Shown here one piece after another: positions 28,266-41,500 of a stretch of 64,000 bases of DNA. Under the pieces are notes generated by a model. It did not search any database. It saw only the letters and a program-made list of their open reading frames with translations, and was not told where the DNA came from. The position numbers were made by a program, and so were the translations under genes. The stretch's first letter is position 1; each line of letters opens with the position of its first letter. Source of the stretch: a virus; the IMG/VR virus record IMGVR_UViG_3300037541_000804, positions 64,001-128,000 of that record; one strand, given 5' to 3'.

Positions 28266-28599
28266 ATGTTTTGTTTGTTTAGTGTTTAATGTCTGCGCAC
28301 TAGCTTAGGTGCAATGCGCAGACTAGAACACTAGCTCTAGTCACCTATCCAAGGGCGGGGCCGTCGCGAGTCATTCGGCCTTTACGCTAGCAGGGGCCGC
28401 TTATGCTGGCGTGGCGCTCTATGCGCTCCGCGCTCCCTACTGACACGCCTATAATATAGGTAAATAATCCCTTGTCAACTCCCGAACAGGAAAAGAATAA
28501 AAAAAACAATTGTAAAAAGATTGTAAGGAAATTGTAAGACTCAAAAGATGCAATCTTGGCATGCTTTGTGAAGCAAAGTAACCCTTGTACCTGGTACGC

Positions 28600-28626
28600 A
28601 AAAAGGGCGCGGATTGCTCCGCGCCC
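28600..28626 (-). terminator. Intrinsic terminator after DUF932 gene
   Basis: GGGCGCGGA-GCAA-TCCGCGCCC followed by TTTTT on the minus strand. Confidence 0.8.
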
Positions 28627-28637
28627 CTCGTTAGCTG

Positions 28638-29711
28638 CTAGGCTCTAGCCAGCAAAGGCAAAACCTTGCTTTGCATGCTGGCTCCCATCTTGCGCCAGCT
28701 TTCCCGCGTACCTTCGTCAAGCAAGCCAGACACAAAACGCGTTTTGTGCTCCGCCGCTCCTGCAAACTCCGCTTTGTACATGCGTTCGGCGGAATCGCTC
28801 TTTTTGCCCGTGCCCTCGCCGCTTGTCCAATATTCCGTTGCGCCGTTTGCCAGATCATAGAGCGAGCGGCCAGAATTGCCCCGCCCGCGATAAGCTAAGC
28901 GCGTGATTTCTTCCGCCGCATTTTGCGAGCGCGTAGCAAGCTCGTCCGTCTTATCCTGCATGCTGGCAAAATAGCCAAGGGGGATTTGCTTCATGGCTTG
29001 CGTGTCGGAATCAATCCTCGCCAGCTCTTCCATGCAACGCACAAATTCGCCACGTCCTGCCATGATGGCTTGAACCATTTCCGCCACATGGGCAATTTTC
29101 AGACTGGCGTTTTGCGTATGATAAACGGAAAAACCAACTTCACCTTGCGCCTCCAATGACCAACGCAACGTATTCATGCAGACAATCCGAATCATCGAAT
29201 CGTAACAGCGCAAGCCAAGCGTGCCATCGTGCGAAGTAACAAAATTCAAAGACGTTTTAATTGTCTCGTCATTAAAACGAGTTTTTACGCGCAAATCTTC
29301 CCCGATTGACACGCTAGCGAAACACTTTTTCCCGCCCTCAAGCGTTCCTGCGCATGTGACCGTTGCGCCGTTGTCTAAAACATCCGCCAGCGAATCGCGA
29401 AGCAAGGCAAACAATTCGGCGTTTTCGATGGGCCGATAACTGTTTTTTGGAATGTGAAGCGGCACAATCTCGTTGGCGGTGCCGACAAGATCAGGACGGC
29501 AGGCGCGATAATCAGCGGCCAAAACCTTATGATTCGGCATAACGTACGTTTTCTCGTCAACGGTGAAGCTGGCATTTCCTTCAATGATTCGAGGGGATAA
29601 ATAAATAAATTCGTTTTCCCCGATTGAAGGAACAACGGTGGCGAGTTTATGCCATTCGCTCCCTTGGGTGGAAAAGATGGCGTCGATAGGCTTGATGATT
29701 CCGTGTGACAT
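28638..29711 (-). CDS. DUF932/DUF945-family protein
   Basis: Y.PIEN, AGTLEGGK, TSHDGT, IRIVCMNTL, YDLANGATEY motifs. Confidence 0.8.
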   Translation of the reverse strand: MSHGIIKPIDAIFSTQGSEWHKLATVVPSIGENEFIYLSPRIIEGNASFTVDEKTYVMPNHKVLAADYRACRPDLVGTANEIVPLHIPKNSYRPIENAELFALLRDSLADVLDNGATVTCAGTLEGGKKCFASVSIGEDLRVKTRFNDETIKTSLNFVTSHDGTLGLRCYDSMIRIVCMNTLRWSLEAQGEVGFSVYHTQNASLKIAHVAEMVQAIMAGRGEFVRCMEELARIDSDTQAMKQIPLGYFASMQDKTDELATRSQNAAEEITRLAYRGRGNSGRSLYDLANGATEYWTSGEGTGKKSDSAERMYKAEFAGAAEHKTRFVSGLLDEGTRESWRKMGASMQSKVLPLLARA

Positions 29712-32700
29712 ATAGTTAGAGCGTTAGAGTTTGGATTATCTGCGAGGAGAAATTGTCTCCCGTCACTCTTAATATGGAATAGATTTTTCCACCGTGCAAC
29801 AACCAATTCATCTTTTTCGGCGTTATAATTTCCAGAACGGGCCATTCTAGCTTTTATAAGCGGCAGGATCATAATCTGATTCAATTTTTCGCCCCTAATA
29901 CTGTTCAACCGAACATCATCATTCAACCTAGGTTGCGTCCCTAGTCTCTATAGGTGAACGGCGTAAAACGCTCTCGTAGGAAATTCTCCCTCGTTATCTC
30001 CCGTAGGGAGATGCCCTACGGCGAGTATATTTGCAGGCTGTACTATTTGACCGAAAACAAAAACAATTTTCTCAAAAATGAGAATCCGCGCTAAAAAATC
30101 GAATCGTTTAAATTTGTTCTGAGCGTCAGGATAGCGGCCTCAAAATCGGGCGCTTTAAAACGAAAGGAAACAGCCCTATCGGCTTATTTGCCAACTTAGG
30201 CAAATATCTTATTTGACCGTTAGGGCTTTCTCAACTCATGCCAGCGGCCTCATCAAATCTTCCAATGGGTTAAATCGGGCGGGATTTGCATAGCAGCCAG
30301 TGTTTTGCTCAACGGGCTTATTTGCGGCAATCCACTTTTCAAAGGTGGTTGTTGAGTGTCCTTTAGCGACACTCTCGCCAAACTCGCGCATGATTTTATT
30401 TCTAGCGTCTAACTCATTTTCAGCCAAAACAGCGATTGAACAGCCATATTCATTATTATAGAATTTATAACCGTCCATCCAACGGGTGAGGGAAACATCT
30501 GGAATTGTTTTTTCCGTGACGAATTGACTCAAGCGAGAATCATATTCCACTCGCTCGATTCTCAATTCTGAGAATTTGGCGAGAATGTTTTCTGGCGACT
30601 CTTCAAACATGTTATCTGGAATGATTTTTTTCAGCAGTTTCAAAGCATTTGAAACATGATCCACGCAATTTCCACGCGCTTCAATTGTGGTACGCATGCC
30701 GTACCAGCCCTTATTAGTGTGGTCGGACTGGAAACGCATAACAATCAATTCATCCATGGAGGTTGAATTGAATTCGCCACGCTTCAAAATTTGAAGATTG
30801 AGATGCTTAAAACCATTTGAGGTTTCGCTTGAGACTCTGAAACCGAACTTTGGGCAGGTGATTTTGTTCATGCTTTTAATATGCCACGTTGGAAACTATA
30901 TGCAAGTTAATTCTGCTCTTTTTCTTTGCGCCAAAATATAAAGAAATAAACCTTGCTCCGACTCCTTTTCTCGATTATCTTAAAACACGGGAGCGTGAAG
31001 GGAGCGCCAGTCCGACAAGTCTAAGGGAACGCGCCCAAAAATAATTATAAAAACCATAATCCCTTAAAATTTTACCCTTGCGAGAATTTCCTAAGATATT
31101 CGCGGCCCCTTATGTTTCGGGCGTCTTAGGGATTGTCGGTGGTTTGTTTTGTAAGATAGCGCGGGACTTCCGCGTTGTCAAACTTTTATTTAGGACTTTT
31201 CATCCAAGTGCTCCCATTTTCATGCAGGGTATATCCTAGATTAATCATAAAGTCGGCGAATTGTTTTTCATTCATGGGTTTATTTTACCACAGGGAAAGA
31301 AGGGAATCAAGTATTATTTGTTATTTCGGCCAAAATTAAAAAGCATTTTGTTTTCTCACTTTTGAGAATGCAGTAAAAACGGGGTCTTAGGGTGTTTTCC
31401 GATAGGATAACCCCTAACAAAAAGGCCCGCCCTCCTTTTGAGAGAGCGAGCTAAAACTTTTCACCCTTATTTGATGCCGAAGGGTTTCTAGGGAGAGGTA
31501 GAAGATGCACCTAGAGGTTTTCTGGTTATGGAAATACTCGCCGTAGGGCATAGGGGAAACCCCTATAACCCCTAGGCATTATCAATCTTTGCTTTCTTCG
31601 TCCTCATCTTCTTCTTCTTCTTCAAGCCATCCGATACGTTGCGCCATATCGGCCACATCGCTTTCGCTCATGTATGCAAGGCACTCGCGCACGATTGCGG
31701 CGGGATCAAGAACGCCTTCGTCCATCATTTCGAGGACTTTGCAGGTTGCTTGGCGAACGTTTGGGTGAGTTGAGAATCTCATAGTAAGGGAAGTGTAAGG
31801 GTTATTTGAGCGGGCGCAAGTTAATTTTTGCAGTTTTCTTCATGAATTCGCCGTCCTTCTGAAACGATAGTCATGGCGGCGGAAAAGGAGATTTCTTTAC
31901 GCTCGGCGAATTTTTCGACTGTCAAATAATCATTGACGTATTCGAGGTAGAGGTCAGAGAGAATGGAGCGGAGTGATTTGTTTTGCATGAGAGTAATATG
32001 CAGGTTATTTGAAGGAGTGCAAGGTTTTTTTTAAACATTATGCACAATATATTCATGGCACGCGGCCAAACATTCACGCGGGGAACCTCCTACGAGCATG
32101 CGCTGGCAGCAATGGCGAGCGAGCTGCTCAATTGTGGCAAGGTCAATTGCAGAGTAATTGCATCTCCCCCCTACCATAAAGCGCATAATGTGGCCTTTTT
32201 CGGCCAATTTAGCGTTTAAGATTTCAACGTCAGCAATGAGGTTGTTGTGAGTGTATCGTTTCATGGAGAGTATTATATAAGGATAACAGAGAGAATCAAG
32301 AGGTATTTGTAGATTAGGGCAGGAAAAGAAAGTTAGGCTAGGCTAAGATTGTTATTTGCGAGAAAGAAAAGCCAAGGATAATACTTTACCAACTAGTCAA
32401 CTATTCTCTTCTCTAAAAACAAACCTTTTCTCTTTTTCTCCCCTAGTATTCTTCCTTACTGTTTTTCCATTAGGAACTCGTTTATTTTCTTTACTAGGTC
32501 ATCATTGTCTTTTCCATCTTCATAAGCGGCGCAATTTCCCAAACGGCGCTTTGCTTTAACAAGCAAGTCAAGCATTTTTCTTTGATCTAATGGGCGTTCC
32601 ACGTTTTGTTCCACGTTGGCAGCATGAATGCTCGAAAGGGTTATTTCATCGCGGAAACACTCTCTAAATCCTTCGCGAATTCCAGTTTCAATTTCAGAAA

Positions 32701-33324
32701 GCGAAGCTGGTTTTTGTCCGCAATTTGTTTCGACTTCAGTAACGAAAACTTGTTTGTTCATGGTCTAAGCTAATCTAAGATTCCCCACCCGTCAAGCCAT
32801 AAAAAAGAAAAAAGACTAAACAAGGGCGGCCAAAAATATCCAAACAAAGGATTTAACACGTCGGGGAGTTCAATCGTAAACAAATCTTGTCCTAGTTATT
32901 TCAGTATGCCCGCAATGGGCGCATTTGCAATAATAAATCTCTTCGCACCAACCTTGATAATCGACAAATTCTGTTTTATTTTGGAAGATTTGATTACCAT
33001 ATTTATCTCTTGAATACCAATTTGGGTTTTTAGTCCAAGAGTGGCTTCCTTTACGGCAATTAATTTCTCTTCGATTTTTTAAGAAAAGACAGAATTTATT
33101 TTGGAGGTTTTTGAAAATGCTCATAATTCAGTTATCCATTTCTTCCCATTCTTTTTCAATCGCCCAATGAGAGGAAAAACTTCGTAAATAAAAACCATAA
33201 TCGTCTCCTAGAGGAATATTTCTATCGCTCATGTATTTTAAGCACTCTTCTTTTGTGCCGCGAAAGACGATTTCCTGTTTCAGATGCGTTGTAATCATGG
33301 GGAGACTATAATCCCTCAATTATT

Positions 33325-33563
33325 CCTTGTCAAGCGGCCAAATCACAAAAGACAATTCACGGCTCAATAATAATGCTTTGGATTTCTTTTGGGATTGAAC
33401 GATAACCATTCTCGGTTTCGAGAATCAAAAGAACATCTTCATCCATCGCCTCCAAAACTTCGGAAAAAGTGATTTGTTCGATTTTGGCGTTTGGATAAGT
33501 GATTGTTGCTTTCATAAGCGAATAATAACCCCTACTTCATACCTTGTCAAGCGGCCAAATCAC
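33325..33563. repeat. 22-bp direct repeat CCTTGTCAAGCGGCCAAATCAC (33325-33346, 33542-33563)
   Basis: Exact repeat; on the minus strand it reads stop codon + TTGGCCG + TTGACA -35 box. Confidence 0.85.
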
Positions 33564-36531
33564 TTACTTGGAAATCCTTTTAATTCGATTTTCATTCTTT
33601 CGGCCATTAGTCGCACGCCAGAAAGCAATTCAGAACGGCTCCTGTCGAGGGAAACGTGGTACATTCCAACCTGATATTGCTCGCGTTTAGGTTCAAAACT
33701 GAAAACCTCTTCTGGATTCCAAATACCATAAGTGGTTTCCTTTACGACGATTCCGTTAGTAAGGGCGAATTGAATGATTTGGTCTTTGGTCATGGCAAGA
33801 TATTACTTCAATATTTTAAACTTGTCAAGCCGCCGTCAAATCTTTTTCGCGTTCAACGGAAACATTTCCATTCGGCCATTTTACCTCATAGCGGCCAAAT
33901 CCATTCTCCATATAAAAACCATAAACTTCACCAACTCCAATCCCCTGATTAAAACGAGAATATGGAGACGGCTTAACTTTCGCACCCATTGCAAAAATCT
34001 GTTTTTCTTTTCCTGCGGGCGTGGCGGGGATTTTGAGGTTTTTGTAGTAGCCAAAAAATTGGCGGTTTTCTTCGATTTGTTGAAGGACAGAAAGAGCGGC
34101 GAGTTTGTTTGGGTTCATGCGGAGAATATATCAGCTAATTATTCCCCACGCAAGCTAAAAAGATGAGTTTGTGTCTAAACTTCTTTCGGCCAAACAATTT
34201 TTTGTCCCCATGTTCTACCGTCGTTATCTTCTAGCAGTTCGGGCGGAGTCAGTTCTACGACTCTAAAACGATTCAATTTATTCTTTTCGGCGTATTTAAG
34301 AGCGGCCTTTTCACTAGGAAAGCGTTTTGCCTTCTTAGTGTTCATGATTGACCGTGTTCTTCCATCCGTAGAAATGTATTCCCATAGTTCCCCGCTAGAA
34401 TCGGCGTAAATGTAAACCTCAATTTCAAAACACACGGGGCGCGGCAATTTCTTAACCTCATCATCTGGCTTGAAGTCTGCCGTTATAATCACGTCTCCGC
34501 TCCTTGCGGTGATAGAAATCCTTGGGATTTCATCAAACAAACCAGTTAATTTACCAATCCTTTCAACCTTAGCGTACTGCCAGTTTTCCGCCATATCATA
34601 ACCAAAATCTAAAAGAATTTAATCTTTTGGGAGGATGTGTTTTGCTTTCATTTGTTTTTTAGGGTTAAGCCCTATTTCTTTAACTCAATCCATGCCCCTA
34701 TCAGCACGCAAACCAGCAAGAACAGCCCAAACATTAAGCAACCTCCTTGGTTTTGTATTTGACGGCTCCCACGGATACGAAGGAAATCCCTTTCATGGCG
34801 GCAAATTCCTTAATATCGGCCAAGCTCCCGATATACTGTCCAAACTGATACTTGTCGCCCTTGAATCCAAGTTTCTTGAGCTTGGGAGGAAGTTCCGCAA
34901 CCTGCCCCCTGTCTTTCTTACTTGCGAAGTTCCACAGCCGCTTTTGATGCTTAAAGCGTGGAGATTGCCAGATTGAGGATGGTTTGATTTCGCTGCGGGG
35001 TTCAATTTCTTGTTTCATGGGTAGAATATAGCGTTTAAAAATTTACTTTGCAAGCTCAAATCCAATTACTTGCACAAATTTATCGCCATTGCTGGCATAA
35101 ATAAATCCGTCGCAATCAAAATCATCTCCCGTGTCGGGATTAATCGGCACGCCCGAATAATCAAGATTTGCCAAAGAAATAAATGTTTCGTTAATTTCCG
35201 CGCCCTCTTCGGTTTCTTGGAAATAGCGCAGGAATGTCGAATCGGTGATGGGTGACGTTTTCATAGGATTATATTAGCAATTAACAACTACTTGTCAAGT
35301 CCACAAGCGGCCAAAAATCGGCCCTTGTCAAAGTTCCCGTTGTCATTCATGTTTATAACAACGATTGCGGCGGCTTTTGCTTCTGCTATTTGCCCAGCCT
35401 CAACATAGAGTTTGATGAAACGGGCGGCGAGGATAAAATGCTTTTTGCTCATAAAAGACTATATACTGGTTTAAACCCTTGTCTAGCGGATTTCCATCAA
35501 ATCATTAATGCTTTCCACCGTGTCGAAAATTTTCTTCAACTTGGCACTTTGTTTCTGACAAGCATTAAAGGTTTTCTCCGCCTTGCGCGAATCGGCATCA
35601 TATCCAAATTCGCTGCAAAATTCCTCAAAAGAATCGGGACAATTAAATTCGCTTGAACAGCAGGCAAGAACCGAATATTCGTCCAATTCAGTTTTCCCCG
35701 CGTTGAAATTGTTTACCGAATCAAAGAAATCAAACGACACACGGCGATTCTCATTTTTGAGAGTCACGATAAAATGATTAACTTTTCTGTCAGGACTCCA
35801 TGGCGGAGACTTCTTATTGACCAGTTTGGCGGAAAACTTGATTCCGTGTTTAGCAAGGAAATCGGCGGCTTGTTGTTGGTAGTCGTTCATGGGGTGAAGT
35901 TAGGTTAGATTTGGCCGTTGTCAAAATTATTCGGTAATTTCTCGAATATCCTCGGTTCCATTATTGTTTCGGAAGTCTTCATCAATCCAATCTTGGATGA
36001 ATTCCAGAAAGCCCTCTTGTGTTGGCTCTTCCCCGATTTCTTCGCAACATTCCAGATAGGCGGCTGGATTGTACTCCATTGTGCGGGTGACTCGTATGTT
36101 GTTTAGCTTCATAGGGCGAGTATATAACAGGTTAATGGTTGAGTCAAGGAATTTCTACAAGGCACTCGTAACTATTTTGTGGAGATTGTTTTTCATATTG
36201 TTTTTCCAATTGAGAACAATATCTTTCGGCCCTTTCAACAGAATCGAAACTGGATTCTTCCCTACGATGAAATTCAACGCCGTTTCGTTTGAAAATAAAA
36301 ATCAATTTCATAGGTTTATTATACCAATTATTTCGGCCAGTCAACTAAAAACGAAAATGCCCCTTGTCTTTCTGTTTCGCAAACCAGCTTCCCTTTTTAT
36401 ATTGTTCGTTTTCGGTTATTTTTTCGCGCTTAAATTCGTCAAAATTTTCTACGTCGTGCCATTCGGTTATTTCGCCGTTTGGGGATTTGTATGTAATTTG
36501 ATACTTTGTTTGCATAAACAACAATAAACGA

Positions 36532-36762
36532 TTATTCTTTGTGGCGCAAATGCTTTTTATAAATTACGCCTGATTCTTTTCGGGCCGTTTCAATCATTCT
36601 TCTTGCTTTCATAGAAAAGCAAATGTCACCGCACTTGTCGCAAATTTCATGCGGCACATTCTCAATTATGAGAATTTGACCGTTTCCACCCGTTGTTTCG
36701 TATGGGCGTAAAATTGTTTCATAAAAACCGTTAGCACATTCAAAGCATGGAATGTTTATCAT
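36532..36762 (-). CDS. YgiT-type zinc-finger protein
   Basis: CFEC...IIENVP...CDKCG. Confidence 0.75.
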   Translation of the reverse strand: MINIPCFECANGFYETILRPYETTGGNGQILIIENVPHEICDKCGDICFSMKARRMIETARKESGVIYKKHLRHKE

Positions 36763-38088
36763 GGCTAAATTATAATGCAGAATTATTCTGCCGTCAATAG
36801 AAACTTCTCTTTATGCCCATCATTCAACACCATGCTCCAAAATTGTCTCTCGAAACGATATTCTCCGCTAATTAAATTAACCAGTTTATCCACAATCCAA
36901 TAATCAACAAACCAAACAACTTCCCCATGCTGGTTGTGATTTTCCCAACAATTCTGGAAAATATATGCCACATATTTAGAGCGGCGAAAGGTTTTTCGTT
37001 TAGCAATCATATTTTCTGTCTATGAATCCCCAACCACGGCAGATTTCGCATTCAAATTCAGGATCACCATATCTTGCTCCCGTTTCCGTATTTCTCACGC
37101 CATCGCCAGCGCAAATCGGGCAGCGGCGCTTAAACGGCCAGCCGCTTAGAATCCAAAATTTCCATGATTGGAAATCCCATTGCAAACAATAGTATTTATA
37201 GTAAAGAATGTCCCATTTGTCGATTAGTTTTTGCAACATAAATCAAAACGGATAATGAGCCATCATTGCGCAAACAAAGTCGCCCAACTTCCACCGTTTA
37301 GAAACGCGGTCAAGCAAATTCATTCCAGGGGCAAATCTCCCGTATTTGTGCAACTCCATGATTTGTTTTGTTGCGATGGAGAGAGCAATCTGGCGCAAGT
37401 GCGGCCATTTGTGAGCGTTTAAAGCGAAGGCAATTTTGGCGGAAGTGGATAGATCGTTCATGGATTCAATCTTACCACTTCACCGCTGTCTTGCAAGATG
37501 AAAAGTGGATATTTTTGCTTTATTTTCTCTTCTGGAATATCCGTTCCCTCAAGATCAAGAAAGCGCAAATTATTTTTCGCGCCAAGCATTTTCATGGCCT
37601 TATGTACTGCGGGATACCACTTTTTCTTAGGAGAATCTAGCCTTAATTGAATAAAGAAAAACTCCATGTTTTGCCTCTCATCGCTAGGAATAACACAATA
37701 AGTTACAAAACTGTTATCGTAATCGGGATTTTTTACCCTGATTTCTTTAACCCATTGTCCATTCTTGCGGAAATAACGCCCGCTACAATAAAAAGTGCAA
37801 GTTTTGCCGCAAAACTTCTCGCAGTTTTGATCTAAACGATTTGAAAGTTTTTTGCTGCAAGGTTTTTCTCGGAAAATGTATTTTTCGTTCATGGCTTTAA
37901 TATGCGACTAAATCACTCCCCGTCAACCTTTTTATTTCGGCGATAGGCTTTTTTGCTAACCATGCGAAAAGATGGCGGCGGCAAGAGTTTGCGTGTTTTC
38001 TTGGCTTTGAGTTTGATTGAGAAGAGAATCATACGAGATATTACTCGTAATATAATGTCTTGTCAATCGCTTTTAAAGACATTCGCCG

Positions 38089-38502
38089 CTAAAACGAATA
38101 ATTGTCCCACTTTTCCCGCTCTGTTTCAGCTTCCGCAAGTCTGGCCTTCAATTCCGAAATAGTTTCTTGGCAGGGTTCGTCGTTACTTTCTTCGCCTGAT
38201 ATTTCTTCTTCGATAGCTTCAATTTGAGAATCAATCTCAGAAACCAAATCGTCCTTCACGCTATCACATTCGTCACCGTCGTAATATTCGTTGTTTATTT
38301 CGACAAAATCTTCTTCACTAATCCAATCGGCTAACCCGCAACGGTATGCCGTAGGATCAAGCTCTTTTAGGGCATTACTTGTATTGAAACTCATTCCCGC
38401 AATAGTACAACCAGGATAAATATCATCAAGCATGTCGCTGTAACGACTGTCAACGTCAATGGCTTCTAGTTCGGCGACAATCAGGGATTCGAGTTTGTTC
38501 AT
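38089..38502 (-). CDS. Highly acidic protein, candidate DNA mimic
   Basis: Very Asp/Glu-rich 137 aa in the early region. Confidence 0.4.
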   Translation of the reverse strand: MNKLESLIVAELEAIDVDSRYSDMLDDIYPGCTIAGMSFNTSNALKELDPTAYRCGLADWISEEDFVEINNEYYDGDECDSVKDDLVSEIDSQIEAIEEEISGEESNDEPCQETISELKARLAEAETEREKWDNYSF

Positions 38503-38507
38503 GTATT

Positions 38508-38536
38508 ATTTTAAGCTAAAATTAAGCAATAGTCAA
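38508..38536 (-). promoter_or_regulatory. Example sigma70 promoter whose -35 contains the upstream TGA stop
   Basis: TTGACT(38536-38531)-17 nt-TAAAAT(38513-38508)-5 nt-ATG(38502). Confidence 0.75.
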
Positions 38537-41500
38537 ATCCTTTCGGCCAATTTCAATTCCAGCCAAGCAGGATTTTTATTCTCACTGTCAAGGCGTAATT
38601 GCTCATTCATCCAATTTTGCATTTCTTCGTGAAAATAACGCTCTCTTTCCTGTTCATATTCACGTCGAAATTCAATCTCGCTTTCATATTCGATGGCAGA
38701 AACGCTAAGGCAAGACTGGTTATATTTTTGAAAAACTTTTTCAGCCTCTTCTCTTGAATCAAACCAATGGGCGGTTCTTTTCCATCCTTGAGGGGTTAGA
38801 TAACGGGAGAATTTCATGCCTCGAAATTCTTCAAAGTAAGAGACGTACCACTTGTTTAGAACGTCTGCGCCGTATGTTACCGCGCTAGTTGCTTGATTAA
38901 ATGATGGAATAATCATGGGTTATTATCAGCCAATGTTTTCGTCGAGTCAAGGTCAATTTACCAATTTAGCGGCCAATTCTCGAATTGCGGCCCAAAGAAC
39001 GGGCGAGTTATGTTTGCTTCCACTAATGGAATAGCCAGTTTGGCCGATTTTAGAAACGTTAGCGCGGCCAAAGCCCAAGGTTTTAATGGGCAGTTTAACA
39101 CTTCGCTCCTTGCAGGCACGCTCAAAATCGGGCCATTCAATCATTTCGCCGTTCTTAAAAACTAATACAGAGTATTTGTGCGCTTGTTCGGTTCTTTCAA
39201 ATCGTTCTTGTTTTTGTTTTTGGATTTCGGCGTCACGAATGGCATTTTCGGTTTTAGCTTTTTCGCGAGCTTCGGCGGCTTTTTGTTCGTAAACTTCTGG
39301 AAAGTCAATCGCGGCTTCCCATTCTGCCATTTTAGCGTCACAAGTGGCATTGACGCTCTCCATCAAAGCGGGGATATTATCAATAAATGTAACATGAAAA
39401 GGGCAAAAACAATTCCTAACTTTGACAAAAAGCTGGCGTTTGTCATCTTCGATGTGCTCGAAAACGATTTTGTTTTTGTCAGTCTTGAAGTAATACTTTC
39501 GGCCAATTGGCCCAAGGTAAACGGGATGTTTACCCTCGTATGGAGTCAATTCAACGTTTGCTTCGGCGAAAACGATTTTGGCGGGGAAAAAGAATGCAAA
39601 TTTGTTCATGGGTGAAATATACTGGTTAATCTGCGACTGTCAAATCCATTCTAGCCGATACCTGAAACAGTTAAAGTTAATCCATTTATTTCGGCGCGTT
39701 GGTTTACTGGACAAGTCCCAACGATAAACGCATTTTTTATTTTGCGCCAAATTGTCTGAATAAATAACTACATCAAATCGTTTAACGTTTGGGGCGTATT
39801 TTAGAAGAATTTCATCCGTGGATGGTTCTTTGCGGGCGTATAGTGTCATGCGGGAATATAGCGTTTAAATCACCAAACGTCAAACCAATTCTTGCCATTC
39901 TTCTTCGGCGCAATTGTTATAAACGTAATAGATTTTGCCAAGATGTTTTAATCTTGCAAGAATGCCCTTAATAATTTCGTCGCTTTTGCCCCAACATCCA
40001 AGGCTAAATATGATTTTCTGCCCATCATGAATGTCTTTCATGTCACAGTCGCAGTCAAACCACACATAAAGCATTCTCTTTTCGTCTCCATCCAAAAAAT
40101 GCACGCGAAAACCTTTTGCATGAGGAACGCAAATTTCAAATTCGGCGCGAACACTTGCAATTTTCTTTAGGCGTTTTAGATCGTGATTGGAGTATCGCGT
40201 TCCGAGAAAATCATAAATGATTTGCGCGATTTCAAAAACGTCTTTTTTATCTGTGGCGACAAATCCTTGTGTTGAGCTTCCCATGTCGAGAGTATAGTTT
40301 ATTACTTGCCCGCGTCAACTTAATACTGGCTAAATCCCCAATTTTTGGCCAGTTCTTCCAAATTGATTGTGTGTTTGTCTTTATAGACGATGAAAAAGCG
40401 ATTAAGTTCTTCTTTTGAGGAAAAATCCTTGTAATAGGCGCTATCGTCTCGCCATCCAACGTGTGCCCTGAACCAACTAGGTTCTTCGCTTGGCTCCAAG
40501 TATTCGAGAAAACTAATTGACAATTCCGAATCGCAAGAGCTGTTAAATTCAAACTCTTGAGTCTTTTCTTCGGACGGCCAAACTCGTTCGCCCCAAATTC
40601 CAACGCGCTTGCGAAATGAGAAGCTAGAATATTTTGGTTGTTTCTTTTTCATAAGCTAAAACAACATCAAGCATTTGCCGCTCTCGTCAACATAATAGCC
40701 GCCGAAAATATTGTCAGATTTCATCCAACGCAAACCACGATCTTTGCAAAAATCATGGCATTCGTCAACCGTTCCTTCAAAAATCACGGGCAAATCAAAA
40801 TACGTCTTGCCGCCGTCTAGTTGAGTGTGTGAATGGAAATCGCGGACTGTTGTTTTCATGTGTTAAATTATACCCGTTAAATGGGCCGCGTCAATAGTTT
40901 TTGACTAATTCGGCGCGTTTTCTACCCCAAAATTCACGACGCTGATTGCAGCCGTGGAAGTTTCGGCATTTGTCAACTGGAATCTGGTATTTTCCTTCGT
41001 TTTTGCGCGAAAAGTAAATTATCTCCAAGTCAAAAACGTTTCTATGCTTGTTGTGAACACTATACCAACGTCGCGAAATTTTAGTGATTGAGAATGATTT
41101 GGCGTTTTTGCACCATGATTTTATCCTGTAAAGGGCATGTTCTCTGCTAGAGTGCCCTCCTAAACGTAACGAATGAGTCTCCATTATAAAACCAGTTGTC
41201 TTTCTTCTTCGGCGAAATCTGATTTGATTGTTAGGGTTCCTTCTAGGAGAATTTGCTTATAGCCGCCCGATTTATCGCAATCTATATAGCTGCCTTTTAG
41301 GTCAACCCAATGACTAGACCAAAAAAGTTTGCCATCCAAGTTTCTAAAAACAAGGTGGCCATCTTCATAAGAGAGTTTTTTCATGATAAAATATTGGGCC
41401 AATCGCTTAATTTTTCTGTTGGGACATTAACCATTGAAGCGTACAGGGCGGGAACGGCTTTTTGGGCTTGTTGCATTTTCTCAAGAGCAGTTATTTCTCC

